Shown: positions 35,485 to 49,200, counted from the first letter of the whole stretch. The stretch is DNA of 60,525 nt, filler included, from Sphacelaria rigidula (GCA_964200075.2; 4 parts of 4 records of this genome joined end to end with filler, not necessarily neighbours in it); one strand, 5' to 3'. Program-made: numbers and translations. The notes: a model not told the origin generated them from the sequence alone.

Positions 35485-38400
35485 GCGTGGCTACAGTAGG
35501 AGTAGCCGCAGATTCCGAGAAGGTGGTGTTGACAGGGGCGGCGGCAGGCCTCGATTCTCCAGCTGCAAATAGCTTCGTGGAGCTTGCTGGATCGGCGAGC
35601 GGTGTGATAGGCCTTCAAGATTTGTTGAGGTGGGTGATGGACAAGGATGGTGTTTGGTCGTTACTCCGAAACAATTGTGTGCAATTGATCATTATCATCA
35701 TTCCGGCAAAGTATCAACGGATTGGTTGTCATGCTGTGGTTGGTCAAGTCATCATGTCGGAACGGTTGTCTCGAGAGAAGCGCCATTTGTCCGCACAATG
35801 CGTCAACGCGTGATACGACCGGTGTACAGAAGGACCCGTGGCTGAAAAGGCACCCCACAACAGTGTGTAGACATACGCTACTTCCACGAGTAACTAAAAA
35901 GGCACCCAACGACAGTTCGTGGACATACGCCGCTTTCCCGTGAATTTGGCATTCACGCTACAACCGTGTGGAGAGTAATGTGGATGCCGTCAAAATTGAA
36001 ATGGTCGAAGGCGGTCTCGCGGAGATGAAGGTGGAGATCTGCGAACAGAGGAAAGACTGGTATGTGATTGAAAAATATCCAGGAGAAATCCTATGAGGTA
36101 ATGCAGAGATTAGGTCGAGGATAAGGCAAATGAGTAGCAAGGAGAGAAGTAACGGACCGCGACAACCGCTAGTGAGGGGTGCCTACTTTGGTTTCCTTCA
36201 CACCGCGGTCGGAAGCCGTGGCCGGCGGTCAATTTGTCTTGGTCTCTTTCCCACCGGAGTCGTCTGTGGAAGTTGAAGAGTCGTTGGGGTAATTTGGCCG
36301 TGGGGCGGCCAACGCTGAAGAAGCGCAGCGGTAGGGGTTGAGCACAGAGAATCGGATGTGGGAACAGGATGGCCTATAGCGGCAGAAACCAGAGGTGCGC
36401 ATGCAACGATGGTTGTGAAACCGTCGCTGCCATGAGTGGGAGAAAAGGGGACCAAGCACTGTACAGCGCGCCGTCCTTGGGTTAGACTGAGGCCAACGCA
36501 CAGCTGTCCACCAGAAGATGGTTCAGACCGTAGCTCGAGTCTAGTCTTGTGAGAGTCTGGCCTTGACTTTTATTTATCGTGCAAGCGTAAGTGAGTCTAA
36601 CGGGAACCTGCGTGCGGGTCAACGATACGCCAACGCGTCCGACTTTGGCGTCAAACGAAATGCGTGGAGTACTGTCAAGATTAGCACACGTCGGACAGAT
36701 CATGCTCTGTCTGAAAATTACTTATTTTTAGTTTACTGATCCAGATCACGATCTGGATCATTTGGTCTCCCTTTTCCATCTATGCTCCTCACAGCGCCGG
36801 ACGCTGAGCACGCCGAGTAGTGCAAAGGTTGCGCCTTGGCTTTTTTTGACTCCGCGGTCACAGACTTTGTGTTTTTGGACCAATGGACTCGAGAATCTTC
36901 TTTGATTAGTTGTCTCAGACCGATCATGACGTGTCCGACGTGTGGAGACTAGGGAGTCAGGGCCATCGAGAAGGCGTACTGGTACAACGCGAGATGTCGG
37001 TGACACATTGGCCTTCTGCCCATTGAAATTAGTTTCGGAGGAGTCTAGATTTTAAGGGATCATCACCATAGCGTGTTCTTTCAGCATGGACTTGTGCGGG
37101 GGAACACGGGTGAGATTGATAACGTTAAGGTGCCCAGGTATAGCAATGGCATTATGGATAGAGTTATCTGACAGTTGACGGTCGTGGGACGGTCTCTACT
37201 TCTGACAGGGCGTGCGATGCGAGGTATTCGATTCAGGATGATGTTGAAAGAATCGATGGTGTCGGTAGTGGATGATGAAATGGCGCGTTCCGCGAATGGA
37301 ATACAACCACATGCATTGAGGTCAGGATACACGGAAGGGGATGAGGGATTCGAAGTTGGTCGTACATGCCATCCTCAAATCGTCTGTGTCGGAGGGAGAT
37401 GTGTTGATTCCCATGGGGGGATTGATTGAGAGGGTCGTTGTCGCCGTCGTCATACAGGGGGCGCAACTTCGCCGATTTGGAGAACGAATCTGGCGTACCG
37501 TGGGTCGTGTTTGTTGCGTTGGGAGATGGGGAGGTCCATCCGCCGGACACGTTTTTAGAAGGGGCTTGAAATGGTGGAATACTCGAGCATGTTTTATTAT
37601 GTTCCGAATTCAACACTGGGTCCCGTCTGTCGGTTGTCACCGCTGCACACGACACATTTTGACCCGAATGGTTGTTTGTTCTTGATGAGACCTTAGAGGG
37701 TTAGCTTGAGTGTCTTGATGCTGAAACAGTGAGCCATAGGTAGTTCGTTCCAAATGATCTTGAAGGGTTGGATTGAGTGTCTTAATGCTGAGACGTTAAG
37801 CGATAGGTAGTTCGTCCCAAATGATGAGGTCGCCGGCACGCAGTATTTCTGCACGTTGAGACTAGACGGAAATGTTATACAAACAGCCTGCAATATTGCC
37901 GTCGTCGTGAAGAGCATGAAACATGCTGTGTGCAGTTCAGCCGCCCGGCAGTTGTAATGCAGCAATTCCCGCTCGATGCGATAGTGATGACGAGTTTTCT
38001 CTGTGGTCGGAATGGTGCAGCTATGGTTTTCTCCGCGAACGTTTTACTGGCACCTCATTTCGCATCTATCATTGAAACCTTTCATACCCCAGACAAACTA
38101 TTGCATCACCAAAAGGTGTACGGCGTACAGTACCGACTATTGCGTCTATTGCAATAGACAGTAGATCTCATACTGTACGCGGCATATATTTTTGACAAAT
38201 GACCTGTCGTCGTTATCCAGGGTGTGAAATAATGGAAAGTATGTATTGTGTCGGGCGGCGAGGATCGCGTCGTGGACAGCAAGCTGTCCATGCGTCGTCG
38301 AGGGTACATGATCGTCGGCACATTGAGCGTGTAGAGGTGGTGAGAAATGTGATCTTGCACGGTCAGCTTCATTGGCAACATGATTCACGCGCGGCAAACC

Positions 38401-41400
38401 TGCCGAAGCATTGTCTCTGCCGTGTTTTCACAAGTGGAGGTCGAAGTCGCGAGGGGCCGTGGCAATCGCTTGTTTTGGAGTCAAACGCACGGGTGAATCT
38501 TCGATGAGGTCTGCTTAAAGTTGGTTCCACAGTAGCCCACGTCGGAGAGCTCATGAGCTACCTACACTAACCAATCAAAGAGAACCCTCAGATCCGTCAT
38601 CCGATAACACAAAATTCGTTACCGCGGGGTCAGAGAAGTCAAAAAGCTATCTTTGCGCTACTCCGCGTGCCCGGCGTAAAGCGCTGTAGGAAGCAAATCT
38701 GGGAAACGGGGACACATGAGCTAGCTCGCGATCCGGATCAGTACACTAATAATAAGTGATTTTCAGGTAGCTCATGAGCTGTCCGACGTGTGCACAGTTG
38801 GGAGGCAGGGCCGCCGTTCGGCACGAGAGCGATGAAAAGAGCTCGTAGGCGTTTTGCTTCTCTAAACCCAGGAGATTCGTGCAGACCAAATCCACACTCT
38901 TCATTACCTGTGACCATTCCTTGTTGACGAACAGCACCCTCGAAATTTTCGTGCACAGTACCATCAACGGTTCTGGACCCGACGAAAGACCGCGCAAGTT
39001 CGTGGTGCAAAAGTAGGCGTAGGTAAAAGACAGCGCCTCGGTCGACAGTCTTGAAGTTGATTTGAGCGACGTGGTTGGAATATCTTGCGGAGCGTTTGTA
39101 AACAATGTGGTTGAATTCATCCGTCACGAGAAATATACTCGCGTGTTTTGTCTTTGATCGCGGTATACTGATCTTGACTCTCCAAAATGGTCAGGTTTGT
39201 CATGAGCGGCACTGGCCTGTCTGTCGAGGTGTTTGAAGAAGTCTGATGTAGACTGATCTGCAGCAGCGATACGTTCTCTGATGTGTCGTCGAATGGGACG
39301 TATTCATCGGGTGCTCGCCTCCAATGTTTACCAGAAGGGTCGCGTGTCACGGTTTCAAAATCCGAAATTTCGTCAAACGACCTCCCAGGCTAGAACATGA
39401 AGTGCATTGCGGTATTTTGCTCGATCTTGTTTGTCTTCTGAACCGATTTTGGGCCGCGCGAATTCTTCGCTCTTGTGCACGTATCTGAAGAGATATAATG
39501 ATGCCGTGAACAATGAATCATATTGTCAACAAGTGTGCTCGTATTGCGTGCAGTATGTTTTTTTTTCTATTGCAGTAGACGCAATAGTCGATACTGTAGG
39601 CAGTACACTTTTTGGCAATGTAATCCGTTGTCCATGGTGTGGATATTATACTGTAGAGTCCGCGGTGTGTAGAGTTCTGCGTGGGCGAGCTCCAACCACT
39701 GCACTCTCAGCAGCCGCTCTGTTGTGCTTGCCCCGTCGGACAGGCATATGCTGTGTCGCGCTCTTACCCGTCAAAGTGCAGGCAGCTGCCCCGCGTTGTT
39801 GCTTGAGACGCGGGCGAGCTCGAACCGCCGCACTCTCAGCTGTCGAACTGTTGTGCTTGTCCTCTCAGACAGGCACACGCTGTGTCATCTTCGCTGCCCT
39901 AGCAGGGCAGGTAGCTACCCCGCATCGTTGCTTCAAACGCGCGGGTGCTCGAACTGCTGCACTCTCCACGGGCGCACTGTCGGGCCTGTCCCCTCGGGCA
40001 GACACATACCGTGTGACCACTTCGACCTTCACATTACCGTGCACCACACCCAACGATGGATAAGACGCATGCTTGCGTAATGCAAAGAGCAATTTCTCGT
40101 GCCCAACATCATAAGCATGATTTCAAGAATGTGCCACACAAAGTGCTCGATATGGCTAGGCATGAGGCCAGAGACCGCTGGCTCTCCAAGAACGTTCCAG
40201 CCTGCCTGCGCGCATTCGCTTCGTCCACCTGACGAAGATGGCTCTCATACTGCCGCAGAAACTCGGCAGACTTCTCCCTGGAGAACTTGCGACGGTAGTA
40301 TGGCACATTCAGAAACCGTACAAGGACAGCGCGACCATTGATGACATATTGTTGCGGCGCATGGACAACATGACCATCCACTGCGACATATTGTTGCACC
40401 TCGTACATGATGAACAATCAGTAATACAGCAGTCCACAAAGCGTTTTAGAAAAAACGGAGTTGCCTCACAATAATGGGAACAAAAACTCCTCCAAGGTTC
40501 GGACGAGTGAATGATTGGTCTGGAAACTACTTGATTTTACTGTATTTGATTCGTACCGTACGAATCAATTCGTGGAACTTGTGTTCAGCGTTGCAACCCA
40601 GGTACGCGCAACCCAGGCACCTGAAATTGCGCAAAAAATGCGTGGAGACCTTCATGACCAGCGGTCAACTTTCATCTCTTTTTTCGAGCAATCAGGCTCG
40701 AAGAATCGTGGATTTGGTGACTTGAACCGGCGATGATTCGTCCGAACTGTAAACTCTTCCCATACACTAAGATGCGCTGTGCCACCATACAAGGACGACC
40801 ACATCATCTTCCTCGCGCGGTTCTCACCATGTCTTGAAGTCCTTAGACTCCTCTTGTTGACCGAAGCTGGCCAAGCTTGGACCAACCCACTCGCGATCCA
40901 GCTCCAGCAAGCAACAATTACGCTGCTTTATTTTTGCACGCATACGGCCTCGCCAGCTGTTGATTAACCCCCCGCGCCTGACTGCTCCGTCTCGAAAGGG
41001 ATGCGTGGTCAATGATCAAACGACTAACGCAAGCAACAAATGAGTACGCCGTCCCTGCCCCCCCCCCCGCGCCTGACGCACGAGCGATACCACAGCCCGC
41101 CTTAGCATTACCTCAGAACCTCCAGCCTCTGTCGACGTGGACACGCCTTGAGCTGGTCGTGTTTGCTGCAAACTGATGAGGCCTGCAGACTTCCTTCTCT
41201 TGATGTGTCAACTGCGTTTTCAGCTGACCCAATTGACGTTTATTGTAGAGTTCTGTAATCAACATCAGACAGCTATGTGGACCCCTCTCATCATGGGCAC
41301 ATAGACTTCAGCAGCTTGATTCATTCATGTATTAACCCTCAGCTATCCGTTGTACCGGAGAACATGATCAACGCCTCTCTCCCATGGCGTAAACCAACAC

Positions 41401-44400
41401 CAAACACCATGGAGACGAAACACTCACAGAGTCCACTGATCAGACCCGCAGACTCGCGATCCATCAACCAGCGGTAAAGCCTACTCCGCATTGTTCCGCC
41501 TACATGTATTCCGTAACCGAGGTAACACTAGTGGCTAAAGTCTACAGGTGACAACGTCGCAGCAAATGTGGCGTTAATATTTGAGCAGCAGCCATGGGTT
41601 ATACGGCACGATGTCACGGTTATCTATCTGTACTGGAACGATGTTGTTTGCCATTTATTTTCTGTATTTATGTCTCTGCTCACCACTGTCAGGGCGACGG
41701 TACCCAACGAGGCCCGTTTTCGCTTTTACGACGACAAATACGGGACGACTGAGGATAGTGGTTGTAGCACAAGTTTTCGACCCGTTGTTTTGTTGACGTT
41801 CGTGTAAGGCGCGTTTACGATGGTGGCCCCGCACTTGCGAGGCATCATGAATCGGAGCACTAGCTCGCGCAAACGGTCATTACAGATAGATGGAGGTGGA
41901 AGTTGCGCCCAGACCCAGTCGTCTATTCCGTTCCTTTGATGTGGACCCCCTCCTTCGAATTTCGCGATTCGATGACGCGGAGATGATAAGACGAGTTGTC
42001 CGACAGTCGTCCCTCCTCAAGGTCCTTCATTATTTGTTGAATCATGGTGGGTTTGAAAACACGGGCCCGAAGTTCAGGCCTGTCATGCGCCGATCGGTAT
42101 GGCAGTAAACTTGCTCATATGTCAGGCCAATCAGGGTTGTAGGTCATGTTGATCGTCGAATGAAGACAGGCTACTGTAGTCGTTGCACAAATGCAAGCAC
42201 ATCCTCTGTGTCGGCACGGCGTTTGGCGGGTGAGCCATGAAATCTTTCCGCGGGAAGTTTGCCGACGGGTGGATCAGTGTGTGGCATCTATCACCGTACG
42301 GTAAGATGAAACGCGTCGCTGGTATGCCCCGGTTCCGATGCAAGGTGAAGTACACTCTTGAAAACCTCGGAGGTTCATCACAACACTATCATTTCGCAAC
42401 ACGAGGTAAACGCTGGAAGACGGGTTCAGAAATTTGCTTCTGCCTGTAGCATACCTGAAAAAGCTATCGTCTCTCCCTGTACGCTTCGTGATCTAGATGA
42501 AACGGACGGCCTTTCTGACGGTTAAACCTGACAATACCCGCCTTCACTGCGTGAGGAAGAGAAGGCGGGTACTGCCGAAGTCTCACACGTGGCCGACCAC
42601 CAAGGAGTGAAACGTGGTGGATCATCGGGACGTATCTCGCAGGAAATCGTACACAACTCGTGCACCGGGGTTGGTGCTGTCTCTGTAGCAGATTAACGCC
42701 GCGATTCCTTGTAATGTTTTTGTGGGGACCGCTCAGTGCTCGGGTTCCAGGATGGAATCCAACGTTCAGTGGGGAGGCTTGTAATTCGACAGTGACGAGA
42801 CGCGTTGAAGTATCGGACGCAGCAGATTTATTTTCACGGCACCACCGATTTTGGGAGAGGAGGAACTTATGTAGGGCAGTCATGTTCCCGTGGTGCAGTA
42901 TTGAGTGTGGGGGTGTGATCCCGTGAATTCGTTGGCTTGTACGTGTACAACCGGGAGTGGTTCGTGACGTCATCGTTGTGGTATATTACGTTCGTGTCAA
43001 ATATTCGATGGTAGGAACGGCCGTGCATTGTAAAAATGCACAGTAGCGGGAGATTCGTGTACCTTTGACGGAGTTTTGGGGTCCCGGCTCCCATCGCGGT
43101 TAAGGCGAAAAGGCCGTCGTGTTTGCGCTGGTGTTTGGTGACATTTCGACGTGGCCAAGAACGGTCTGGGTTGAGGCATGGCGTGTTTTCCGTTTTAGCA
43201 GCAGGTCGAAGATTTCAAGGGTCAGGCGAACAACGATTCATCTAAAAATTACATACTTACTTTGTAGTGTAATTGTTTCGTACCGTACCGTGGGAATCAA
43301 TCCTTGAGCTTGTTTCCTGCGTTGTACCCCAGGTACGCGCACCCCAGGCACGTGGCAAAGCGCAATTTTTGGCTACAAAAGAGACCTTTTCGACCCGCGT
43401 TGACGTTCCGTATTTTTGTCTTTTTTGAGCTTCCAGGCCTCAGAAATCGTAGGCTTGTTGATCCGAACCGGCGATGATATGTCCGACGCTTGGGAAATTC
43501 TTCACGACAGAGCGACGATCGACCGTGTGTGCAGTTGATGTAATATGGACGCGTGAGCGGGATGTGTTTCACCGTCGTGACCGAAGAGAGCGGGTTTACG
43601 TTCTCGTCCCGTAATTTCGTTCACCCCCCGCAAGGTTGTGCGGCGCACAGATTTCTTCAGTCACGAGTAGAAGACACGATATTGTGTATTGTATTGAGTA
43701 TGCAAGGTGCAGCGCAACGGCAGCTTGGGGAATTTGCAGCTGAGAACAATCATTGCGCCGTTTGAACTCGCCCGCTGATGAAAACGTTCAATAGTCAGCA
43801 GAAACACTGGCTTCCGATGATCCTGTCGTCGTCGATGTCCTCTTCCCTCCCGTGGCCGAGGAACGGAAGATCAATGACGGAGCCCTCGCGCAGGTCACAC
43901 ACAGTCAACGCTCTCGACGATTACTATCATGACTAACCCTACTATTGCTGTTGATGTTTTTGTGATGATTTCCTTCACATTAGCTCGATCTCTCGAACCC
44001 ATGGTCAGAGAGTGCAAGAAGCATACCATTCGTACCCATAAATCAAACAGCCAACAGAGGAAGGCGAGGAACAAAACATCTACATGAAAGGGGTACTTAC
44101 ACGATTAGTACGAAATATCCGTAAAAGACCGAGTGAACTAAAGGAGACCTACTGGAAGCTGAGAATTCCCGGCGTGCGACTTCTCCGACTACCGTGCCAC
44201 GTACTGGTGTCTACACAGTGTAGTAACACGAGTAAGGCGGTAATCGGACTGTCGCATAGAACTGGCACCGATCCCAAAACAGATCTGCCGTCTCGCGTGC
44301 TGTTAAAAGAGATTTTTTGTTTTGTTTTGTTTTCGCTGTTGTTTTTCTCATTCTTTATTGTTATTCATTATCTATTCTTCGTTCGTTAGTCATTAGTCAT

Positions 44401-44497
44401 TAGTCATTGTTAATGTCAATGCTATCAATATTATTACGATTATTACTGTAATATTGATATTATCAATAGTTTTTACTCATCTCAAGTGTTCGAATGT

Positions 44498-44544
<47 letters not shown>

Positions 44545-44759
44545 ACTACCACCACCACCGACCATTATCATTACTAATGTTTCACTCATTTCCGTCTTTA
44601 TTCCTTTTTATTTTCTGAAACAGTTGGAGCGAGATCACTGAGCTACTGGAAGAAGAGCTCCTGACACGACAGGAAGTAGAGAGCATGTGGGAGAGCCTTC
44701 CCAAGGTGTCGGGGGGGTCGTCCATAGACCTGCGGGGCTTTCAGTTGTTCGATAACCAG
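35485..44759 (+). CDS. EF-hand-like repeat protein fragment (exons 35485-35629 and 44624-44759; possible upstream exon ~35118-35173)
   Basis: CGCAG/GTGGGT and AACAG/GTATGT boundaries join in phase 2: ...SFVELAGSASGVIGLQDLLS|WSEITELLEEELLTRQEVESMWESLPKVSGGSSIDLRGFQLFDNQ, a degenerate helix-loop-helix pair. The intervening intron is about 9 kb. Confidence 0.65.
39680..40450 (-). mobile_element. Gag-like LTR-retrotransposon fragment with 2.5 x ~129-bp tandem repeat
   Basis: KFSREKSAEFLRQYESHLRQVDEANA resembles the contig-1 gag segment [26 protein letters not shown]; tandem units at 39680-40010. Confidence 0.45.
40497..40747 (+). mobile_element. ~250-bp MITE family copy
   Basis: TIR GTTCGGACGA / TCGTCCGAAC; core GCGTTGCAACCCAGGTACGCGCAACCCAGGCAC. 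Confidence 0.75.
43221..43487 (+). mobile_element. ~250-bp MITE family copy (diverged)
   Basis: Core GCGTTGTACCCCAGGTACGCGCACCCCAGGCAC and right end GAACCGGCGATGATATGTCCGAC. Confidence 0.7.
44500..44544. repeat. (CTG)n microsatellite
   Basis: About 15 CTG units, intronic. Confidence 0.9.
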
Positions 44760-45307
44760 GTATGTGTATGTGTAGTAGAAAATCCCTCTTGTTTTTGGAA
44801 CGCTTTGATTGTGTCGAATAATAGTTGGTCGATTTTTTCTCGTCAAACAGATCGTGAGAACAAACTATGGGTTTTGGTATATAATGACAACGATGGCACT
44901 ATCAATGTGAAGCGGAGTGCTTTTATTTATTCTATTTTTTCGTCTCTCAACACTTTTGAGACTAGACCCTCATGCACCAGGTACGAGAGCCCATTGTGAA
45001 ATGGCATCATTTTCACTTGAAAAATGACTGAAAATGATGAGAATGATGCACGTGAGTCAGTCATACTACGAGAGGGGACGGGGGTGTTTCATCGAGACCC
45101 ACGAGAAACAGACTGACAGGTGTGTCAGACGATCTCGCTACTCGCGGTGCGTTTGTATTTGGGTGAAAACGGTGTCAAATGGTGTGAATGAGTGTGTCAC
45201 ATTGCCGTATTTAGGTGAAAACGGTGCACGGTTAGACAAAGCAACTCGTGAGACAACTCAGAGCCGTCATTTCAACAGATAAATCAAACGGTTCGTACAT
45301 GCCGGTC

Positions 45308-45371
45308 GCCCCGGTGGCTCAGTTGGTAACCTGGTAACCCTCAGACGGTTGAGTTGTGGGGTTCGATTCCC
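45308..45371 (+). mobile_element. tRNA-derived SINE head or tRNA pseudogene, cut by contig end
   Basis: A box TGGCTCAGTTGG and B box GGTTCGATTCCC, but no clean anticodon arm. Confidence 0.6.
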
Positions 45372-45471
45372 NNNNNNNNNNNNNNNNNNNNNNNNNNNNN
45401 NNNNNNNNNNNNNNNTTAATTAATTAANNNNNNNNNNNNNNNNNNNNNNNNNNNNNNNNNNNNNNNNNNNN
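45372..45471. other. Artificial contig spacer
   Basis: Same N/TTAATTAATTAA/N linker. Confidence 0.98.
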
Positions 45472-46236
45472 GGGTTCTCGCCGGACCAGGTTTGGGGGGA
45501 GGGGGGGGGGGGCGGAGTTCAAATTCGCGCTCATTCCCTTCGCCCCTCGCACCGCTCTAAGTTTTTGTCGACTTTTTCTGCATCCTCTCAAGTCCCTCCC
45601 CTTCCTCGGGACGAGTCCGTTGTGTCCAAAGATCACCCCATCTCTCCCCCGGTACACGCCTCGTTACACTTTGGTATCGCGTATTGGAACATGACCAGAA
45701 CCCCAGTACCGTGTCGACTTTCGCCGAATTACTATCTTCGCTACTCGCGCCCTCGTGTTTTCAGCGACGGAAATCAAACGCGATTCAGAAAAGATCCAGA
45801 TCCATCTGTCGGGAATCGTACCTGCCTTCTTCGGACCTAACGGCCTCTACTCGTAGTTGTGCCATGATATCGGGGTTCAGCGGCCCGGGGGCCAATAATC
45901 GGAGTACCATTGCCGTCTTCAACTCACTTCCGTTGCAAGCCGCATACACATGGTCAAGAGAGTACCGTATCGATAGCTACATTAAAGCATGCCCATGTCC
46001 CGGGCTATGGGCAGGTCGATCGCATCTTCATCTTACAGTGCAACGTAAAAACCAATGCCGTACTGTGGGTGGCTTCAAACCAAGTCGCTACGCCTGTAGG
46101 ATTGCAAAATATGGCTATCGTGCTTCTTCAGTCACGTCTGCAAAGTATCTGCTCTGCACTGCTGCAGCACGAACTGTGATTACATTCCTCACACGCTACA
46201 GCGACGCGGTGGCGCTACTAAATATCCAATTCCTAG

Positions 46237-49200
46237 GGACCCAGCGATGGCATGGTACCCTGCGCCGACCATGGCAGCGACGCACTCATGTGGGCCGCGG
46301 GCAAGGGAAGTGACGAGATGTTGCTGCTCGAGGAACTTCTCACCCTTACCGGTGGTGTTGGCGTGGATCGGGAAAGTCATATGGGAGATACTGCACTTAC
46401 TATTGCGTGCGCGAGGTGAGTAGGCGTAGCAGTCATTCCAGTGAAGGCGGGAGGGGGCTAAGCTCTGTTTTTTTGTCTTCATATTTTATGATGGATCGAT
46501 TCGCCAATGTTCTAGTCTAAATCTTCCAAGAGATGAACCTGCGGAGAGAGCCTGGCGTTCGATCGTAAATGTGTAGAGTGAGCTCTTTCGCCATGGTTCT
46601 CGAACATAATATTCGGGTATATATATATATTGCGCATCTCGGATAAACTGTAATACACAATAATATTTTTTATCCGGGAGCGGGGACAGTGTTACGGCGT
46701 GAGCTGTACGAGTGCGGGAGATCGAAGCTGTCGGAAGCTCTCTCTTCTCTTCTCGTCAACAATGTTTCGAATACAGGTTTCAGAGATAGAGATCCTTCTA
46801 AGGCTCACCCGACAAACTTGCTGTGGCTCATTCAAGCGCCGCGGTGACCTTAGCATTCCCATCTACGTGACGACCCCGCGTGTCTTCGAAATACTCTCGC
46901 TTCTGTTACACTGCAAGCAACGACGCGTCCGTTTGTCACTATCGTGAGAACGACAAGACATGAATGCGACCACTTTCATGTCACGAAAAACAGGGGTCAC
47001 GTCGAGACGGTCCGAACTCTGGCCAAACTGGGACACGCCGACGTCAACTACGAAACTCGCTCAGGAAAAACAGCTTTGATCGAAGCCGTGAGGCGCAACC
47101 GACGAGAGGTGGTCCGCCTCCTCATGGAACTTCGCGTAATCATTCCTTACACAAACTATCGTGGACAGACAGCCGCTTGGTGGGCGTCGAGGCTGGGGCA
47201 TCAGGAATGCCTTTTGTCCATCACGAGAGAGGTGAACGCGGAGGCCACTTTACGGCTCATGTCGAGCCAGATAGGTGAGGGAAGGGTACGGTAACAGAAC
47301 CGATGGGCGATGCGTCGTGTGACGTGATGGTTGATCCGTTGTGCGGTCGGTCTCTTTGTTCCCCGCAGATAGCCGATTCGTTCGCCTGAATAATCCCTGG
47401 TTGCGTTTCATATTCTCCGGCTTCTTGATGTTGTGTGCGCGCAGATTGTTCGAGTAGTTCGGTTCTCTACTGCGATCGCTGCCATATCACTGCGAAACGT
47501 AATTGCGGCCATGTACCGCCAGAAGTTACCATGTAACGACGGTGGGCGAAGGACTCACTAGCCCAACACTGTCCTTGCCAAGATGCACGTGGTTTCTTCG
47601 CATAGTGCTACAATCCTCGAGAAAACGCCCTCAAGTTGCAACCGCCGCTTCACAGGAAACTCCGTTTGTCAGCAGTCTATTTTCTCTATTTTCCTTATCC
47701 TTGACAACATTTTTTTTGTAACATCTTGTCTTACGTGCGGCAGCACGAGGTGAAGTTAAAGCCATCCGTTTACTCGTGGAACTGGGTGAACCCTACCGAG
47801 ACAATCATTGCGAACAATTGAAGGGAGATATTGATCGGATCACGATGGAACTGGAGGAAGCTAGGACAAAGCTTCGGGATCTGTCCAACGTCAACGAAGA
47901 AGTGACTCCAGAGCTCGAGCGATTGAAGGCGAGCAACTTTATTGCACCAGATACATCCACGGATGACTACTTTTGCAGACACGAGTCAGCTAGGACACTG
48001 CTACGAGCTGGGCCAACCTAAAAACGGGCTCAAGCCCTCATAGCCATATCTCATGAATGCACACGAATATAGGTCGTGATCCGCACACCTTATTAACCGT
48101 TTAACCTTGGGGCAGATGTCTGGCTGCTCTACAGCCTGGGAAATTTTGTCTCGTTGGTTGAACACCATGTCGATTAAATCCTATGCCGTATGGAGATAGG
48201 GTCCATACTAACGTCTATACGAAACCCGAACGTTATACACCGCAGATGATGATGATATTTTTGGTGTGAACATTCCCTGGAGCACAGGAACACGACGAGT
48301 ACCCTCGCCTTTACCGAATAAGTCATTCATCTAGAGATATCGCGCAAGTGATGTTTTATATTAAAATCAATATATCACGAGCAGAGACACTAAGTGCACT
48401 AGATATGGGTTTATCGCCTCAATTTTGAGAGTTGTGCGTTAACAATTGGTACGGACAATCGGCAGGGCATTAAAAAAAAAAAAAATCAGGTCCATGAATT
48501 TTCTTTCTCTCATGAGTTAGGGATATCTTAGTGAAAGGAAGATGGCGTTTTCCCTCCCTAACTCAGTTCCTCACCTCAGTTTTTAGAGTTGTGCTTTGAA
48601 AGTAAGTGTGGAGAATCGCAAGGGCATACTAGAAACGAAGCTAACTGGATTATGACAGGGTCTATTTCGTGAGCTGGGAGCGTTCTCGCGAAAACCGGTC
48701 CTTACTAAACTGAAATGTCCTCAATTCACGCTATATATATATATATATATATATATCCCACACGTTTTACTTCTATAATTATGCCCTTGCGATTCTCCAC
48801 ACGAAGCACATATCTCAAAAGTGAGCTGCTAAATAGCTTGCAACATACAGCTCCGTTTGTAGGCTGGCCGAGCCTGTAAATAAGGGATTCTCACCTCAAA
48901 TTCGAGAGTTGAAATTTAAATATTGGTATGAGAACCGGTAGGGCACGTAAATATAGAAACTTCCCCAACCTGAGAGCTTTCATGAGCTAGGATCCTTTTC
49001 GTGAAAACTGGATCTTGGTTTTTGCCCTTACTTCATTAAAAAGTTGAAAAAAATCTCAGGGTGAGGGTTTTTTATTAATGTGCCCTACCGATTCTTCATA
49101 CTAAATTTTACATTGAAATTCTCAAAACGCAGGTAAGAATCCTTGTGTAACCTACAAATCTGGTTCTAGACTGGCCCAGCTCGTATATGCAAAACAATTC

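Larger units (their letters stand above)
36480..43150 (-). mobile_element. Decayed Helitron (RepHel pseudogene) in intron, split by nested insertions at ~39530-41550
   Basis: Minus-strand motifs in canonical order: FTMHGRSYHRI (~43030), IAALI, QYP..PH, IDDWVWAQLP..MMPRKCG (~41850), VPYNPWLLLKY (~41590), YLFRYVHK (~39480, Rep tyrosine motif), FYLRLLLHH..RTVDG (~39000), IIWNELPMAH (Walker B, ~37740), QVPVRLTYACTINKSQGQTL (PIF1 helicase C-terminal motif, ~36570). Termini not located. Confidence 0.9.

Noticed and set aside
36160-36235. Helitron 3' end (CTAG with hairpin)
   Set aside because: The hairpin is weak and badly spaced, and the base after CTAG is not T.
45308-45371. Functional tRNA gene
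   Set aside because: A and B boxes are present but the anticodon arm does not pair and the sequence is truncated; a SINE head is more likely.
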